In this document: positions 9,309-19,915 of the stretch, piece after piece
Position numbering within the stretch: the first letter of the stretch is position 1
Layout of the letters: each line of letters opens with the position of its first letter
Origin: a virus
Lineage: Duplodnaviria > Caudoviricetes
Reading direction: 5' to 3' (one strand)
IMG/VR virus record: IMGVR_UViG_3300032249_000574
Location: 74-64,073 of that record
DNA length: 64,000 bases
The notes under the pieces: model-generated
The model's database searches: none
What the model was told of the DNA's origin: nothing
Seen by the model: the letters and a program-made list of their open reading frames with translations, nothing else
Position numbers and translations under genes: made by a program

Positions 9309-9316
9309 ATATTTGT

Positions 9317-10408
9317 TTAGTTTGTTTCTTTTGTTTTTGCCAAGTAGGTAACCTCTCCTCCGCCTTTCAATAGATTGGCTTCGTTGAGCTTGTCCTCCAA
9401 GGCTTGTTTTGCTTGTTGTTTTTGGCCACGTGGAAATGATTCCGCGTAGGCTTTCTCCAGCTTGCTCCACGATATCGTGGCACATGCTGAAAATTGTTCA
9501 GGTGTTAATTTATCTTTGATGATGTCGTACGTTTGCGTGGCGTCAACAATTTCTTTTTTCCCCGCACGAGTTTTGAGTTCATAGCCTGGGATGTCACCAC
9601 CCGACATACGGAAGTCCATATTTGATTTCTTGACGCTGTCGCACCACCTTTCCATGACGCGACGGATGGATTCAGCCTGCGATCTCTGGTCAGGAGTCGC
9701 AAGAGTAAGCGGGTCTGCGAGTACCGGCAACTCTGCGTCTCGGAGCATGTCGTATCCCTTGCCGATGACGAGGGCTTTTGAATGTAGTGCTTTGCATGTG
9801 CCTTTGTTTCCACAGTAGAGACATCCTTTCTCCGTCGGGTTCAGCTCTGGTTCTGGTTGCTGAGCTCGAGCGATGATTGTTTCTACGCGGAGTCTAAGCC
9901 GATCGTAATCTTTGTCACGATTAAAAGTGTGTCTGCTGATCATGTTGATGCGGGGTTGTGCAAAGACCACCTCGACTTCGTCAACGTCTTTCCACTTTTC
10001 AAATACGCCTACGGCGTATGCCCAGCCTTGGATATTTTCTTCGGCGTCGTCTACGGCATGCCATCCAAACTTGGCGTCACCAATCTTGGCTTTATCTTTT
10101 CCGATCAAAACAATGTCGGCGGTTCCGAATGTCTTGCCATCGGCAATCTGCAACTGAACCTCTGGGAGATCCGCAACAATTTCGCCGAGTTCATTTTTCA
10201 TTTCTTGAAAGACATCAGCCACCATCAACACATTCTTTTTCTGCCATTCGTCCAGACCCTCGTAGTTCCCGGTCTCGAGAGCTTTATGCATCATGGTTCC
10301 CTCTAGAGCGGCGACAGACCCGCCTTCCGTTGGCTGTGGTTCGTTATCCCAGCCCGGGCAGATCTCCCGCCATTTTAGTGAACTTGGTCCGTATTTGTGG
10401 TGGCTCAT
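9317..10408 (-). CDS. DUF2800 family PD-(D/E)XK (Cas4-like) exonuclease
   Basis: PSS..W..CPG, EGT..H, GTAD...DAKFG, Q...YA, QPR, C.YC.....C motifs. Confidence 0.85.
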   Translation of the reverse strand: MSHHKYGPSSLKWREICPGWDNEPQPTEGGSVAALEGTMMHKALETGNYEGLDEWQKKNVLMVADVFQEMKNELGEIVADLPEVQLQIADGKTFGTADIVLIGKDKAKIGDAKFGWHAVDDAEENIQGWAYAVGVFEKWKDVDEVEVVFAQPRINMISRHTFNRDKDYDRLRLRVETIIARAQQPEPELNPTEKGCLYCGNKGTCKALHSKALVIGKGYDMLRDAELPVLADPLTLATPDQRSQAESIRRVMERWCDSVKKSNMDFRMSGGDIPGYELKTRAGKKEIVDATQTYDIIKDKLTPEQFSACATISWSKLEKAYAESFPRGQKQQAKQALEDKLNEANLLKGGGEVTYLAKTKETN

Positions 10409-11679
10409 AGTATTGCTCCTAATGTGTCCCCGTCCGAAAGTGTTTCGATGTTGTGAAGTTTTCGGCGGAGGCTCCTAGCGATTTGTGTTTCAACGGTTCC
10501 GTTTGCGAAAAGCAAGTATTGCCGACTGGCAGACAAAGCTCCTGCACGATGGATTCTTCCGAGAGCCTGCTTGGTATCGATCGCCGAGTAGGTTGGCGCG
10601 ATAAGACTAATTCTTGGTACTCCTTGCAGGTCATGGAGCGACAATCCAACACCACCCGCTTGAATCATGCAAGCACATATTTTTACTTTGTTTGCTTGGA
10701 AGTCCGCGATATTTTGTACACGGTCTTCATCTTTTTGATCGCCAATGATTTCTGCCGATTCCTCTCTGACAAGCTTTCTATAGGCTTCAAGTGATTGTCG
10801 AAAGTTGAAGAAAGCAACGACAGCATTTCCTTCTGCGATTGCCTGTTCGGTAAGCTCGAGAAAGACAGGTACACGCATCAACTCCGCTTCTTGCCTCGCC
10901 CTGAGTTTAATCGTGAGCGGGTTATCGCTCGATCTTTTGGCTTTAAGTTCCGAGAGTTGCGCCTGCATTTTTTCGTAGATGACGTCAACGTCCCCCATGT
11001 CGTAGCACTCTGCGAACACAGAGTTGCTTGGGAAAGCGTCCCCGAGGTCGGCGATTCGGATGCGGTGTCCTTTCTCGGGAAAAATAGATCTGTGAATTTC
11101 TTGTAGCATTTTCTTTCCGCCCATGAAAGCCAGACCACGGCCCCATGGGGCAGGTCGACAACCCATTTTGTAATTCCACCGGTAAAAGTCGTGGTATTCA
11201 TGGAGACCTAACATGAAGCCTGTCGCCCGCATGTCCAGCGGATTCTCTGCAGCTGTCGCCGATAGCATCAGTACTGGGTACTTCTTTGACCCTGTAAGTA
11301 TCTTGGCATTAACACTTGTTGCTCCTTTGCATCGATGTACCTCGTCAAAAATTAAAAGTTTAGCCCCCCTAAAAGTCCACTCCCAACTCTTCGCGTCGTT
11401 CCATTTTCCGAGCTTTGTCTTTCCAGTCTTGAGCTTTTCGTAGTTGATTACTTCGTGTTTAACCTCGCCTCGATCGAGCCATTCACGCCACGATGGGATG
11501 ACTGCTTTCGGGCAGACGACGATGACGTCTGCTCTTAATTGTTGAGCTAACCAGACCGCTTTAGCCGTCTTACCCGTGCCAGTATCGCTGGCGTCGAGGG
11601 CTATGTTATTTTTCTGAAGGCTTTGTAATAACGCTTCCGCTCCCGGTTTCTGCCACTCGAACAATGTGATGTCTGCCAT
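10405..11679 (-). CDS. SF2 (SNF2/UvsW-like) helicase
   Basis: DTGTGKT, DEVH, SAT, GGVGLSL, QALGRIHR motifs. Confidence 0.92.
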   Translation of the reverse strand: MADITLFEWQKPGAEALLQSLQKNNIALDASDTGTGKTAKAVWLAQQLRADVIVVCPKAVIPSWREWLDRGEVKHEVINYEKLKTGKTKLGKWNDAKSWEWTFRGAKLLIFDEVHRCKGATSVNAKILTGSKKYPVLMLSATAAENPLDMRATGFMLGLHEYHDFYRWNYKMGCRPAPWGRGLAFMGGKKMLQEIHRSIFPEKGHRIRIADLGDAFPSNSVFAECYDMGDVDVIYEKMQAQLSELKAKRSSDNPLTIKLRARQEAELMRVPVFLELTEQAIAEGNAVVAFFNFRQSLEAYRKLVREESAEIIGDQKDEDRVQNIADFQANKVKICACMIQAGGVGLSLHDLQGVPRISLIAPTYSAIDTKQALGRIHRAGALSASRQYLLFANGTVETQIARSLRRKLHNIETLSDGDTLGAIL

Positions 11680-12115
11680 ATTCGAGTATCAATAGTGCAT
11701 CGGCCGTGGACAATGTCACGCTTAAATTTGGAAATCTTCTTTGGGCTTCGGCTTTCAGTTTATTCTTCCACTCCGTCTTGCTAGCCATCCCCTTGCTATT
11801 CCCCAAGCTCAACGCCTTCTGCCACGCTTGCGGACGAACCATTTCGATTCTAAACCCTAGCGTCATCGATACACCTAAGATAAAACCGAATCCACGACCG
11901 AAATTAAACATTGCCGATCCGGGACTTCCCGCCCCACCTACGTACCCACCGACTTGTTCGATGACAATAACATCGTGATAAGTCCGCAAACTTTTTAGTT
12001 TACCCAGCACATCTCCTTCAGTCTCAGGCATCTTGATAGCATCGACCATACCGTTAACAGTTATAGATGCGATACCTCCGCTTGCTCCGGGATCAATAGC
12101 TACCATCCAGATCAT
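11606..12115 (-). CDS. RuvC-like Holliday junction resolvase
   Basis: AIDPG..GG, IEQV, MFNFG, PQAWQK, ADALLI motifs. Confidence 0.85.
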   Translation of the reverse strand: MIWMVAIDPGASGGIASITVNGMVDAIKMPETEGDVLGKLKSLRTYHDVIVIEQVGGYVGGAGSPGSAMFNFGRGFGFILGVSMTLGFRIEMVRPQAWQKALSLGNSKGMASKTEWKNKLKAEAQRRFPNLSVTLSTADALLILEYGRHHIVRVAETGSGSVITKPSEK

Positions 12116-12149
12116 CTCTTATAAAAAGAGTGGATTGCCAAGGGGATTC

Positions 12150-12158
12150 TGTTACCAT
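12150..12158 (+). promoter_or_regulatory. Extended -10 element upstream of terminase (probably leaderless), in the divergent junction
   Basis: TGTTACCAT (TGn-TAnnnT) 6 nt before ATG 12165. Confidence 0.4.
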
Positions 12159-12164
12159 CAGGTA

Positions 12165-13862
12165 ATGTCCCAAATCGAGAAGTATGGCCGAATGTGGCCC
12201 GAAGGGGCTACAGCACTTACGATCGAGTTGTTGTCCTTTCGAGAAGGTCTGACCCCAGAGCAGGGAGGTCTTGGTAAAGAACAGCACTTTTGGAATGTGG
12301 TCGAGATGTTGTGGCCGTATCATCCCAAAAAGAATCCTCAAGGTTTTCAGCGTAATCCGTGGGCAGATGATCAGATCGTCGAGCTTTGCAAATGGAACTA
12401 TCTCGGTATCTCCGGACCTAAGTCATCAGCTAAGACTGAGGTGGTTGGGTTGTGGGGGTTAGTTAATTGGTACTCTGCCCCATTCGACACGTTAGTCTTG
12501 GTCACCACTACGTCAGTTCGTGAGGCTCGTAAGCGTATGTGGGGTCGAGTCCGCGAACGCCACATGCAGGCAAAGGTGATGCCCGGAAAGCTGGTCGACT
12601 CAATGGGCAAGCTTGTGCTGGAAGAAGGTAGTAGTGATCGGTCTAGTATCACACTTGTTCCGTCTGCAAAGGATAAAGAAAAAGAAGCTTCCGAGAAGTT
12701 GCTTGGTCTAAAGAACAAACGAGTATTCCTTTTGATTGACGAGGCCACGGATGTATCCCCCGCCATCTTCGAAGCCACAGCCAATCTTTCAGCTAACCCC
12801 TTCTTCCAATGCGTGGCCTGCGGTAACTTCAATTCGGCTTACGATCCCTTTGGCCAGTTCGTCACCCCTAAAGATGGGTGGCAGTCCATCACAGTCGACG
12901 AAGGTGGTTGGGAGACCAAAGACGGTTTTTGCTTACACTTGGATGGCGAGAAGACACCTAACCTAGATCACGACGATAAGTGGCCCTTCTTGCTTACGGG
13001 TAAGAAACTAGAAGAGGACAGAAAACGCCTCGGTGAGAATTCTCTGTCTTACTGGCGGTTTATCCGTTCGTTCCCCGCTCCCGCGGGTTCGGAGGAGAAC
13101 ATCTACAGCGAGGCCGACCTCCGTAAGTTCGAAGCCCATAAGCCAGCCATGTGGGTCGGGGCTAAACAACCCGTTGCTGTAGCTGGATTCGATCCTGGGT
13201 TTACTAGCGGTGGTGATAGGTCTGTTTTATTTCTCGGTAAGTACGGGGAGACCGACGCCGGCATGACAGTCCATTTCGACAAGTACGTGGAACTCCAAGA
13301 GAACTCCTCGCTAAAGGACAATCCTCGCAATTACCAGATTGCTCAGTTGTTAAAGCAAGAGTGCGAGAAGTATGGTGTTCTCCCTCGATACTTAGCGGTC
13401 GACGCTACGGGAGCGGGAGACCCCTTGTGCGATATCATATCGACTATATGGAGTCCATCTGTTCTTCGGGTTAAATTTTCGGAGAGGCCGAGCAATATGC
13501 CTGTTAGCAAAAGCTCTCGCATGAAGGCCGACGAATCGTATGGGAACAGGGTGTCCGAGCTTTGGTATGTAGGTAGGGAGTTCTTGCGGGCGGGGCAGAT
13601 GAGGGGGGTAACTATTGATTTGGCCAGAGAACTTGTGGCTAGGCAGTATAGGACGGCTGAACGGGGCAAAATCTTTGTAGAGTCAAAGAGGGATATGAAG
13701 TCTAGGTTTGGTAGATCTCCCGATATAGCTGATGCAGCCTTTCTTATGCTAGACGCATGCCGTCAAAGGGCTAACGCCATAGCTGGGACTACTGTGGCTG
13801 GGGGTGGCAAGTATAAGGATTTCTTGGCCTTTACCAAAAAAGTGGATGCCTTATATTCTTGA
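12165..13862 (+). CDS. terL: Terminase large subunit
   Basis: Walker A-like GPKSSAKT, Walker B LLIDEA, nuclease GFDPG, VDATG, ESK..MK.R.GRSPDIADA; start taken at MSQIEKYG. Confidence 0.9.
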   Translation: MSQIEKYGRMWPEGATALTIELLSFREGLTPEQGGLGKEQHFWNVVEMLWPYHPKKNPQGFQRNPWADDQIVELCKWNYLGISGPKSSAKTEVVGLWGLVNWYSAPFDTLVLVTTTSVREARKRMWGRVRERHMQAKVMPGKLVDSMGKLVLEEGSSDRSSITLVPSAKDKEKEASEKLLGLKNKRVFLLIDEATDVSPAIFEATANLSANPFFQCVACGNFNSAYDPFGQFVTPKDGWQSITVDEGGWETKDGFCLHLDGEKTPNLDHDDKWPFLLTGKKLEEDRKRLGENSLSYWRFIRSFPAPAGSEENIYSEADLRKFEAHKPAMWVGAKQPVAVAGFDPGFTSGGDRSVLFLGKYGETDAGMTVHFDKYVELQENSSLKDNPRNYQIAQLLKQECEKYGVLPRYLAVDATGAGDPLCDIISTIWSPSVLRVKFSERPSNMPVSKSSRMKADESYGNRVSELWYVGREFLRAGQMRGVTIDLARELVARQYRTAERGKIFVESKRDMKSRFGRSPDIADAAFLMLDACRQRANAIAGTTVAGGGKYKDFLAFTKKVDALYS

Positions 13863-13897
13863 CCCGAGGCAAGTAATTGAGTACGTAGGAGTTTAAC

Positions 13898-16189
13898 GTG
13901 GATCAGAACCTAGAGACAATCTCCCCAGAGGGTCGGCCACCCAAAACAAGGCTCAAAGATGCTCAATCAGCTTTTGCGATCTATACAAACCTTACTGACG
14001 CGGACGCTGAGAGTGCAGCGCAACGGGTGCGTGTTCAAGCGATGCTCGATGGTGAGCCACCGTACAATCCGTCCACTCTGCGGAATCTCGGCCAGTCTTA
14101 TCGTTCGAATCTGAATTTCTTGGAAGCTTCGGCTGACTTGGAATACGCCCTCTCGGCCTATTCTGATTTGGTTAACGGCGTCCCGATGTTGGCTCAAGTG
14201 AAGACCAAGTTCGGCGACGCAACCCAACGTGGCAATTACAGTCAGATTATTTCTGAAGAGTTTGACCGAGTTCTTCGCAAAGATTGGGACGAGTTCTTCT
14301 ACAACCAGCAACGGCTAGCTCACGAGTTTGTGGCCTATGGCGTCGGCTTTGCCTTCTTTGACGATGACATCGATTGGCGTTGGAAGGTCGCAGGACTTAA
14401 GGATTTCTACCTACCCCGTGGTATCCCAGCTAGCGATAGTCGCATTGAGTTTTGTTGCGCCCGTCGTTCTTATTATGCCCACGAGCTTTACCAACATATT
14501 AAAGATCCTAAAGCTGCGAGAGCTGTCGGATGGGATATAGAAGAAACCCGTAGGGCGATCATCAACGCAGTTCCGGTTGACGTTTCTGGCACAAGGCTCG
14601 AATGGGAAGAGATTCAAGTAATGTTGAAAGACAACGATCTTTCGCTTTCTTTTGCCCGTTCTGCTGAGATCCAGACTGTTCACTATTATGTGTTGGAGTT
14701 CGACGGAAGGGTGACTCACGCAATCGGACTCCGCGATGGTTCTAACCAGAATTTCCTTTTCCGCAAAGACAATCGTTTCGCTAACATCAACGAGGCTTTA
14801 GTGATGTTTACCTACGGTATTGGCACGAATGGCAACTTGCATTCAGTCCGGGGATTAGCCTACAAGATTTATCCGCACATCCAAGTTAATAACCGTTTGC
14901 GAAACGCTATCATCGACTCGACCTTGTTGTCGACTTCAGTAATGATTCAGCCACAGACGATGGATGACTTGCAGAATCTTACCATTGCTTACAACGGTCC
15001 TATGGCGATTCTCCCCCCGAATCTCAACATTGTTGAGCGGACTTCTCCGAATCTTGCCAACAACGCTTTGCCGATCGCTCAAGAGCTTTCGACGATCCGC
15101 AGAAACAATACTGGGAGTTATGCTTCCCAAGTTGTAAGCTCCGCATCGCAAGAGCGCACCGCAACTGAAGTAAGCGCCCAGCTCGAGAAAGAAGCAGTAC
15201 TCTCTACGCAGGCACAGAATTTCTATTATGTCCCATGGGGTAAACTTCTCAAAGAACAGTTCCGCCGGCTTGCCTTGGGCAACTGGAGAGAAGCTCAACC
15301 TGGTGGTGATATTGCTATGCAGTTCCACAGACGCCTACGCGAGCGAGGAGTTCCCATGCAGGCTCTCAAAGAAGTCTACGACGTGACTCCTATGAAGGCT
15401 GTTGGATACGGTAGTGCTCAAGCTCGATTGCTTGCGTACAACGAATTTATGCAGATGTTGCCGATGCTCGATGAGACGGGTCGTGCGAATGTTATCCGTG
15501 ACCGTATCGCCGTTCGTGTTGGATACGATCAGGTTGATCGTTATGCTTCTCCGAGTGCCGTACCCCCGAGGTTGCCTGTGGACGCCAAGATTGCTGAGCT
15601 TGAGAACGACTCTATGCAGAGTGGCCGAAGTGTCACCGTCCAACCGGGCGAGAACCACGCAGTCCATTTACAGATCCACGCAATGGATTCTGTTCGATTC
15701 TTGCAAGCACTTCAGCAGAACGCCGTACCGCAGGTAGAAGCCTTCAAATACCTTTCTCTTTCCGGACCGCATATGACCGCTCACCTTCAACAGATTTCTT
15801 CCGATGTAAGTCGTCAGGCTGCCGTCGGTCAGTACAAAGATATTATTAATAAGGTTAATCAAGCTGTCCAAAGGCTCGGAGAAAGTCTTGCCCGCGAACA
15901 GCGACAACAGCAGGAAGCCATGGTGCAGATGCAACAGAAGCAATTACAGGACGCTATGCAGATGCAGGTTGATGATGCTAAGGGCAAGTTACAGGCCGAA
16001 TACGCAGTTAAGATTGCTAAAGTACAGGCAGACGCTGAGATTGATAAAGCCGCGTCGGATGCTAAGATTGCGATCAAGAGTGAAGAAGCTCGCCAGCGTA
16101 TGGCTCTCCGAGACGCACAAACAGCTCAACGTTTGCGAGCTCAGTCTGAAAGAAATCGTTTGAACGCCGAAAAGAAAAGACTTGCTTAA
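13898..16189 (+). CDS. Portal protein
   Basis: Follows TerL; 763 aa; RTATEV motif; Q-rich coiled-coil barrel at C-terminus as in P22/T7-type portals. Confidence 0.85.
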   Translation: MDQNLETISPEGRPPKTRLKDAQSAFAIYTNLTDADAESAAQRVRVQAMLDGEPPYNPSTLRNLGQSYRSNLNFLEASADLEYALSAYSDLVNGVPMLAQVKTKFGDATQRGNYSQIISEEFDRVLRKDWDEFFYNQQRLAHEFVAYGVGFAFFDDDIDWRWKVAGLKDFYLPRGIPASDSRIEFCCARRSYYAHELYQHIKDPKAARAVGWDIEETRRAIINAVPVDVSGTRLEWEEIQVMLKDNDLSLSFARSAEIQTVHYYVLEFDGRVTHAIGLRDGSNQNFLFRKDNRFANINEALVMFTYGIGTNGNLHSVRGLAYKIYPHIQVNNRLRNAIIDSTLLSTSVMIQPQTMDDLQNLTIAYNGPMAILPPNLNIVERTSPNLANNALPIAQELSTIRRNNTGSYASQVVSSASQERTATEVSAQLEKEAVLSTQAQNFYYVPWGKLLKEQFRRLALGNWREAQPGGDIAMQFHRRLRERGVPMQALKEVYDVTPMKAVGYGSAQARLLAYNEFMQMLPMLDETGRANVIRDRIAVRVGYDQVDRYASPSAVPPRLPVDAKIAELENDSMQSGRSVTVQPGENHAVHLQIHAMDSVRFLQALQQNAVPQVEAFKYLSLSGPHMTAHLQQISSDVSRQAAVGQYKDIINKVNQAVQRLGESLAREQRQQQEAMVQMQQKQLQDAMQMQVDDAKGKLQAEYAVKIAKVQADAEIDKAASDAKIAIKSEEARQRMALRDAQTAQRLRAQSERNRLNAEKKRLA

Positions 16190-16216
16190 TTTTCAGATTC
16201 TGCGACAAACATAGGA

Positions 16217-16504
16217 ATGACTTTCCAAGAGTGGAGTAAGCGCGACGACTACGTAAAGCTTTGGGAAAAGACGTGGCAGGAGCCACACATGCGGGCGGGC
16301 TTAACAGCTTTAATCCATCTCGGTATTCCTCAAGTTAGTATTTTGACCCCAGCGACAACTAATGGAGAGAGTATCAATATTCGAGCTCTTGCTCATTCGA
16401 GAACCGAAGGTTGGTTCGCTGCCGTGAAAGCAATTGAACTTCTCAAGACACCCAGTAATGAGCAACAAGAGTTGCCAGGACCTTGGGAAGACGCAACCAG
16501 ATAA
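16217..16504 (+). CDS. Small head-module protein
   Basis: Lies between portal and scaffold. Confidence 0.65.
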   Translation: MTFQEWSKRDDYVKLWEKTWQEPHMRAGLTALIHLGIPQVSILTPATTNGESINIRALAHSRTEGWFAAVKAIELLKTPSNEQQELPGPWEDATR

Positions 16505-16521
16505 AATAAGAAAACAAATAT

Positions 16522-17805
16522 ATGGCAACAAATTCTGATATCGGATCTCTCGGAGAAGCTCTTAATTCAGCTCTCGGCAATTCGGAGGCACCCTTGGCTT
16601 CCGCTACTCCCCTTTCCCAAAACCCGGTTATCGAACCTGTTGCTACCCCAGCCCCTGCTACAGCTCCAGTTACCGAGACTAACACCGCTGTTACAGCTCC
16701 AGCAGAAGCCGTCAAAGAGACTGAGGCCAAGCCCGTTGAAACAGATTTGGCTAAAACCCCCGAAATCAAAACGCCTTCCAAACTGATTGACTCTTTACTT
16801 ACTCCCGAATCGGAGAAAACCAAAACTGTTGCGAAGGCCGAAGGCGAACTTACTGAAGAAGAAAAACTTCCCGGAAAAGCAACTAACTCCGCTAACTCTG
16901 CTTTCGCCGCTAAAGCTCGGGCGTTGAAAGCTGCCGAGCAAGAGTTAGCCTCCCTTAAACAAGAGTTGGAAAAGTCTCGCAACGCTGGTAACGCAGAAGC
17001 CTCCTCAGAAGTTCAGAGCATTAAATCCGAATTGGAAGAAGCTCGCAAGTTAGTTTCGGATTACGAGAGTCAACTTTCTTTGGTAAGGGTGGAATCAACT
17101 CGTGAGTACAAACGCACCATCAGCGAACCATTGGCTAAGGCCGAGAAGGGTTTGGCCGACTCCATAGCTGGTTACGAAGGTCTCAACGTAAAAGACGTAT
17201 TGAAAGTGTTGGACATTAAAGATCCAGCCCAACGCAGGGCTGAATTTAAAGATGTGATGAACGGGGTAGACGCCATGGATGCTTGGGCAGTTAAGACTAA
17301 GTTGGATGAGATTGAACAGCTCCGCTCCAAAAAAGATGATATGCTCAAGACTGCTAATGATACTTTAGCTCAGATTGAGAGACAAGAAACGGCAGCCGAG
17401 CAAGAAGCTAGGTTGACTTTCGACAAGCAAGCCGACGTTGCTTTCGAGAATACTTGGGGTCAGTTCGAAGACTCTTTCCCAATCCTAAAGCGGGGGCAGA
17501 CCCCAGAATGGGATAACACCATCAAGGCTCTTCGAGAGCAAGCTGTTTATCTGGATAAACAACCACTCGATCACCAACAACGTGCCACTCTCACGTACCA
17601 AGCCGTCTTGTTCCCCCTTGCCGTTCAGGTTGTCCGCGACCTTACAGAAAAGAGTAATGCGACTATCGCGGATCTTAAAGCTCAGTTGCAGAAGTTCCAA
17701 GCAGCTACTCCGGCAGCAGGGGCAGGCACGAATAATTCTCAGTCTGCTGGGTTGCCTTCTACTGTTGGCTTCCTAGAAGCTCTCGAAAAATCGATGGGTC
17801 GCTAA
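16522..17805 (+). CDS. Capsid scaffolding protein
   Basis: P/A/E-rich disordered N-terminus, long coiled coil, short C-terminal helix; position in head module. Confidence 0.75.
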   Translation: MATNSDIGSLGEALNSALGNSEAPLASATPLSQNPVIEPVATPAPATAPVTETNTAVTAPAEAVKETEAKPVETDLAKTPEIKTPSKLIDSLLTPESEKTKTVAKAEGELTEEEKLPGKATNSANSAFAAKARALKAAEQELASLKQELEKSRNAGNAEASSEVQSIKSELEEARKLVSDYESQLSLVRVESTREYKRTISEPLAKAEKGLADSIAGYEGLNVKDVLKVLDIKDPAQRRAEFKDVMNGVDAMDAWAVKTKLDEIEQLRSKKDDMLKTANDTLAQIERQETAAEQEARLTFDKQADVAFENTWGQFEDSFPILKRGQTPEWDNTIKALREQAVYLDKQPLDHQQRATLTYQAVLFPLAVQVVRDLTEKSNATIADLKAQLQKFQAATPAAGAGTNNSQSAGLPSTVGFLEALEKSMGR

Positions 17806-18563
17806 TGCTAGTCGTACTGCCAGTCGGTCCTCAGGATCGGGAGCAGGCGATTCGTTGGCTTAACTGGGTTGAAGAACTCGGTGGCATTGGTAGTCATCGC
17901 TTGATGGTTGCGTGTGCTCGTAGAGTTCCCAATCCTACCGAGCTTAGCCGTTCTTACGAATTGTACGTACCCCACGACGAAGACGAACGTGGCTGGCCTA
18001 TGAGCCCTAACCATTTGTTTAAGCGGGTTGCCCAGCATATTACTTGGAGTCCGAATCCCGAAGCGTATTTCTGGTGCGAACCAGACTGTATCCCTTTGGT
18101 GTCGGGATGGCTCGATCTTCTAGATTCCGAGTATCGCACCTGCGGTCAATATTTCATGGGTGCTCAGGTCAATGTTCAAGGTACTCCGGAGCACATGAGC
18201 GGAAACGCTATCTACCCAAAGAATGTCATGGAGCGGGCATTTAATTTGATTCATGCCGATCTTGCCGCTTTTGACGTTGTCGGTGCTGAGCAGATTGTTG
18301 GCCAAGCCCATTGGACGAAATCGATTCAGCATGTTTGGCGTAAAGACGAGGGGCGTAACTTCACCTTCCCCGATCAGGCCAGCGTTGATGCTATGGTCAG
18401 TAAAGAAGCTTTAGTTTTTCACCAGAATAAGGACGGCACCTTGATTGAAAGGCTTCGTGAGAGACGCTCCCCGAAGAAGGCGGAGGTTCCCGAGGTAGTG
18501 GGAGCAAAGCCAAAGAAGAGACGGATGCGTAGGAAACCTGGAAGTGAAAATCCTACCGAATAA
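17805..18563 (+). CDS. Putative GT-A fold glycosyltransferase
   Basis: VVLPV start, WCEPDC (DxD-like), HMSGNAIYP, FD, VFH..K motifs. Confidence 0.6.
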   Translation: MLVVLPVGPQDREQAIRWLNWVEELGGIGSHRLMVACARRVPNPTELSRSYELYVPHDEDERGWPMSPNHLFKRVAQHITWSPNPEAYFWCEPDCIPLVSGWLDLLDSEYRTCGQYFMGAQVNVQGTPEHMSGNAIYPKNVMERAFNLIHADLAAFDVVGAEQIVGQAHWTKSIQHVWRKDEGRNFTFPDQASVDAMVSKEALVFHQNKDGTLIERLRERRSPKKAEVPEVVGAKPKKRRMRRKPGSENPTE

Positions 18564-19197
18564 CGTCGCTGTACTGGAGAACGACTCACATATTTCCCGC
18601 TGGGTCGAAGAGACTGGGAAGTTGGATCACGACGAGTACTCTCTGCCGATTATCTTAGAGCATATTGAGGATGGCGATTACGTTGTCGACGCTGGGGCTT
18701 TCATTGGTGACCACACCGTTGCTTACGTTAAGGCTGTGGGTTCTACTGGAAGAGTCTACGCCTTCGAACCCAACATCTCTGCCTACGAGTGTTTGGTTTA
18801 TAACTGTCCTTCGGCCATAACGGTCAAAGCTGGGCTTAGCGATAAACCAAGTAGTCAGTTCTTTTCCGTAGCTGATAACGCTGGTTCTAGTCGTATAACT
18901 GATTCCGGGGATAGAGTTGTATTCGTTGTAACTTTGGACTCGTACGACCTACCTCGGCTGGATTTCTTTAAACTGGACGTGGAGGGATTTGAGGTGTCTG
19001 CCTTGAAAGGCGCCAAGAAAACTATCACTAAGCACCGTCCAGTCATGTGGATTGAGGTCAACGAACACGCCTTACAGCAACGCGGAGAGTCCCCCATCTC
19101 GTTAATTACTTATCTACGTTCTGAACTTGGGTACGGATTGGAATCATTTCCGCCCGAAGAAGGACCCCAATACGATCTTTTATGCAAGCCTCTGTAG
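18544..19197 (+). CDS. FkbM family methyltransferase
   Basis: VVDAGAFIG, VYAFEP, TLDS, KLDVEGFE..ALKGA, RPV..IE. Confidence 0.92.
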   Translation: MKILPNNVAVLENDSHISRWVEETGKLDHDEYSLPIILEHIEDGDYVVDAGAFIGDHTVAYVKAVGSTGRVYAFEPNISAYECLVYNCPSAITVKAGLSDKPSSQFFSVADNAGSSRITDSGDRVVFVVTLDSYDLPRLDFFKLDVEGFEVSALKGAKKTITKHRPVMWIEVNEHALQQRGESPISLITYLRSELGYGLESFPPEEGPQYDLLCKPL

Positions 19198-19877
19198 ACC
19201 TATTCATCCGTAGCTACAAGAAAGATTTCGAGTGGCTCTCGTATTGCCTGAAGTCTTGCGCTAAGTCAGCCAAGGGTTTCCGCCAGATCCATATTGTCGT
19301 ACCTCATGGTGACCAGCACGAGTTGAACCACCTGACTTTGGAGAAAGTACATATCTGTCCTAGGTACGCAGAGGATTATTTGGGCCAGCAAGTAACCAAG
19401 CTAAACGCTGATCTCTACTCTGACGCCGACTTCATATGCCATATCGATTCCGATACTGTCTGGTTGCACGACGTATCCCCGAAGAATTTCATCCACAATG
19501 GCAAAGCCATCCTGTACTACGAACCCTACGATAGGATTGGAGAATGCCCTTGGCAACCCATTGTCGAGGAGGCAATTGGGTGGAAACCCGAGTTTGAGTT
19601 TATGCGTAGGCCACCACATACGTTCCCTAGGTGGCTGTACAAGGAGATGAGGGATTTTCTTCAGACTACCCATAAAGTGCCTTTTGACACTTTCGTTGCT
19701 ACTCGACCAGATCGTAGGTTTAGCGAGTATAACACGTTGGGAGCATACGCTTGGAAGCACCATAGGGATAAGTTCGAATGGAGAGATCCTAAACAGGATA
19801 AGGATACTGTCAGGCAGTTTTGGTCTTGGGGTGGCATCGATGCTAATCGCCAAGAACTGGAAAAACTCCTAGAGTAG
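19182..19877 (+). CDS. Putative glycosyltransferase (DUF6492-like)
   Basis: RSY..D..WL.YCL.S, YLGQQVTKL.AD, IDSD, FSEYNTLG motifs. Confidence 0.65.
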   Translation: MQASVDLFIRSYKKDFEWLSYCLKSCAKSAKGFRQIHIVVPHGDQHELNHLTLEKVHICPRYAEDYLGQQVTKLNADLYSDADFICHIDSDTVWLHDVSPKNFIHNGKAILYYEPYDRIGECPWQPIVEEAIGWKPEFEFMRRPPHTFPRWLYKEMRDFLQTTHKVPFDTFVATRPDRRFSEYNTLGAYAWKHHRDKFEWRDPKQDKDTVRQFWSWGGIDANRQELEKLLE

Positions 19878-19915
19878 GTCATTGACCTGCACCCCCATTC
19901 AGTTACCTTCAGCCT

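Noticed and set aside
9317-10408. Cas4 as part of a CRISPR system
   Set aside because: Context (helicase, SSB, PolA) is the standard phage DUF2800 replication nuclease
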